From: Dehalococcoidia bacterium
GTDB lineage: Bacteria; Chloroflexota; Dehalococcoidia; UBA2979
Reading direction: 5' to 3'
NCBI GenBank assembly: GCA_019694855.1
Contig: JAIBBD010000004.1
Coordinates: forward strand, 9,753 to 73,752
Length of the DNA: 64,000 nt
Positions 61,868 through 64,000 of the stretch are shown here, in pieces (the first letter of the stretch is position 1; each line of letters opens with the position of its first letter). The notes beneath the pieces were generated by a model. The model made no database searches. It worked only from the letters and a program-made list of their open reading frames with translations, and was not told the DNA's origin. A program made the position numbers and the translations under genes.

Positions 61868-64000
61868 CGCGATGACGAATCCCCTCCCCAACGTCGACTT
61901 CCGACAGATTCGGCCCTATGGGCAGCCGGCTTCCCGATCGAGCGGGTTCGAGGAGCTCGCGTCGATCTTGATCGAGCATGGCGCGGTCGACTGGCCTAGC
62001 GGCACACGATTTCACCGCTTCGGGAACCCCGATGGCGGCCGCGAGGCGAAGGCTGTGCTCCCGAATGGGGACGTCTGGGCATGGCAGGCAAAGTACCTAT
62101 TCGAATTCGATTCGTCTGCGGCCGGACAGGTGACTTCCTCAGTGCGTCGTGTTCTGGAGAGTGAACCGGACCTGAAGCGCTATTTCGTCGCTATGCCGCT
62201 AGACATGCCAGCAGGCGACACGAAAGACCGCACGTCGGCGCACACGCGCTGGACTGAGAAGGTCTCCGAATGGGAGCAGCTTGCTCGCAAGAACAACCTT
62301 AACGTGGAGTTTGTCTTCGTCGGCGCCCATCAGCTCGTCACGACGCTAACTGAGGCTGAGCACGCTGGCCGCCTACGGTACTGGTTCGGCCTCGACATCT
62401 TGACCCCCGAATGGCAGGAGCGTCGCCTTGAGGAGGCCAAAGCAAAGGCGGGGCGCCGCTATACGCCAAGCCTCCACGTGGAAGTGGAGGCAGTCCGGTC
62501 CCTCGATGCGGTCGGCCGCCGCGATGCTTACGTGTCACGATGGCAGGCGATCCTCGCCGAATTGAGGGAAGCCCGACGATGGACTTGGCGGCCGCCGAAG
62601 GACGCCGCTGACGAGTTTGCCGAGGCACTTCCTAAGTGCGAAGCCGCACTCGATGAGGCCGACGTGGCACTTGGACTCATGATTACCGCGGCCCGGTCGA
62701 CGGAGAATCTTCCTCGGATCGATAGCCCGCTCAACCTCGCGATGGAAGCCGTAGGCGAGGTGGAAGAACTCCTTCACCGACACTCGTTGACCAAAGGCGG
62801 CTATTTCGTTGGAGATGCTGCCTCCCTGTACTCGCACATACGAGATGCGATCGGTGCGCTGTGGCAGGCCAGAGAGCTCGCGAACGCCGCGGCGACACAC
62901 GCGGCACGTGACAAGGTACTTCTCGTAACAGGACGCGCTGGCGTCGGAAAGACGCATCTCCTATGCGATGTGGCGACTCGGCGAACTGCTGACGGGTACC
63001 CAACTGTTGTCCTTCTCGGGCAGGACTTCGATGGCAGGTCGCTACTCTCGCAAATCAGCGAACGGACACAACTCGGTGGGACACTGGACGACATCCTGGG
63101 TGTGCTCGATGCTGCGGCGGAAGCCTTCAGCTGCACTGCGCTCTTGATCATCGACGCGCTAAACGAGAGCGAACGTGCCGAGCGTTGGAGGGATGAATCT
63201 CGAGCTCTACTCGCCGCTGCCACCCGCTTTTCTCACATAGCAGTAGTGCTGTCTTGCCGCTTGGAGTTCGTTGAGAAGGTCATTGGTGACCACCGACTGC
63301 CAACGGTCGAGCACGTCGGTTTTGCAGAAGCGACCGACGTTGCTGTTCAACGATTTACCCGGGAATTTGGGCTGGAGCCACCGACGTTCCCTCTGCTCAA
63401 CCCGGAGTTCAGCAACCCGCTCTTCCTCAAGCTAACGTGTGAGGCCCTCTCAACGCTTGGGAGGACTCGCTTTCCCTTTGGTTCAGCCGGCCTCACTACG
63501 ATATACGAGGTCTTCTTGGAGGCTGTGAACAAGCGGCTTTCCGAACCCGATCGCTGCGACTATGACGAGCACAGCGACACAGTTGGCCAAGCGATACGAG
63601 AGATAGCGCTCCTCGGGCCCGGTCCGCTTGATCGAGCTGACGTGCAACGCATCACCGATAGGATTTTGCCCGGCCATTCGTGGTCTCGATCGCTGATGAA
63701 CGGGCTGATCTCCGAGGGAATCCTCCTGGAGATCTACGACAGGCGAATCGTCTTCGGATACCAGCGGTTGGGAGACATGACGCGCGCGGGCGTAATCGCC
63801 GAGAGGGGCCCAGATGGCGTGCGCGCGTGGCTCCAGCAGCTCGACGACGATGTCTGGCGCGAGGCGGGAGTGCTGGCCGCGCTGGCCGTGATCGTGCCGG
63901 AGCGCCACGGCCAGGAACTCGTCATCCTCGCCGCAGATGACGAAGGTAGGGTCTCATACCACATCGTCGACAGCTTTCTCGAGAGCCTGCTCCTTCGCGC
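61868..64000 (+). CDS. STAND (NACHT-like) P-loop NTPase with an N-terminal Mrr-like PD-(D/E)xK nuclease motif; candidate Avs-like antiviral defence protein, 3' truncated by the window end
   Basis: Open frame from ATG 61868 to the window end (711 aa, no stop; absent from the ORF track). aa 46-75 read HRFGNPDGGREAKAV...VWAWQAKY (Mrr catalytic GDGGID...QxK pattern). Walker A is LLVTGRAGVGKTHLL (aa ~351), Walker B ALLIIDALNESE (aa ~424), a sensor-1-like VVLSCR, and a GxP-like NPLFLKLTCEAL. GC is lower and codon usage differs from the neighbours. Confidence 0.75.

Overview
This is a high-GC (about 70%) bacterial chromosomal window with tight operon packing and frequent 4-bp stop/start overlaps. 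It is mostly housekeeping and central metabolism, and I found no CRISPR array, rRNA or transposase. On the minus strand at the start: the pyrimidine cluster pyrR-pyrB-pyrC (pyrC truncated at the window start), a PAC2-family protein, gap, and enolase translationally coupled to an uncharacterized 303-aa protein. A VapBC-type toxin-antitoxin pair with a CGTAC-repeat operator sits between eno and a XerD-type recombinase. Then follow a GNAT acetyltransferase, pcm, uvrC and a tRNA-Arg/Leu/Val cluster. The middle of the window is a metabolic block (PutA, aconitase, enoyl-CoA hydratase, acetyl-CoA synthetase, citrate synthase) plus pepN, SURF1, corA, a CNNM/CorC transporter and glmU. It is followed by the Actinobacteria-style alaS-ruvX-mltG-aroE-X-aroC-aroKB block, where X is a membrane DUF protein and AroK and AroB are fused into one 567-aa ORF. 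Next are acyP, a Liv-like substrate-binding protein, moeA-mobB with a stand-alone RAM-domain protein, an MFS transporter, and pheS with no pheT nearby. An Rrf2(CymR/IscR-like)-YezD(DUF2292)-NitT/TauT ABC transporter module and an orphan Tat-lipoprotein family-5 substrate-binding protein precede a his cluster. That cluster runs hisZ, a HisG that looks tandem-duplicated (about 470 aa), a Zn-hydrolase-like protein, hisD, hisC, hisB, antisense mgtC, a DUF protein and hisN. The most interesting feature is at the window end. A lower-GC ORF of at least 711 aa, with no stop reached and missed by the ORF track, combines an N-terminal Mrr-like PD-(D/E)xK nuclease motif with a NACHT/STAND-type P-loop NTPase core. 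That is the architecture of Avs-like antiviral STAND defence proteins, it looks horizontally acquired, and it is truncated by the window. The many long antisense or overlapping ORFs in the six-frame track are high-GC artefacts.
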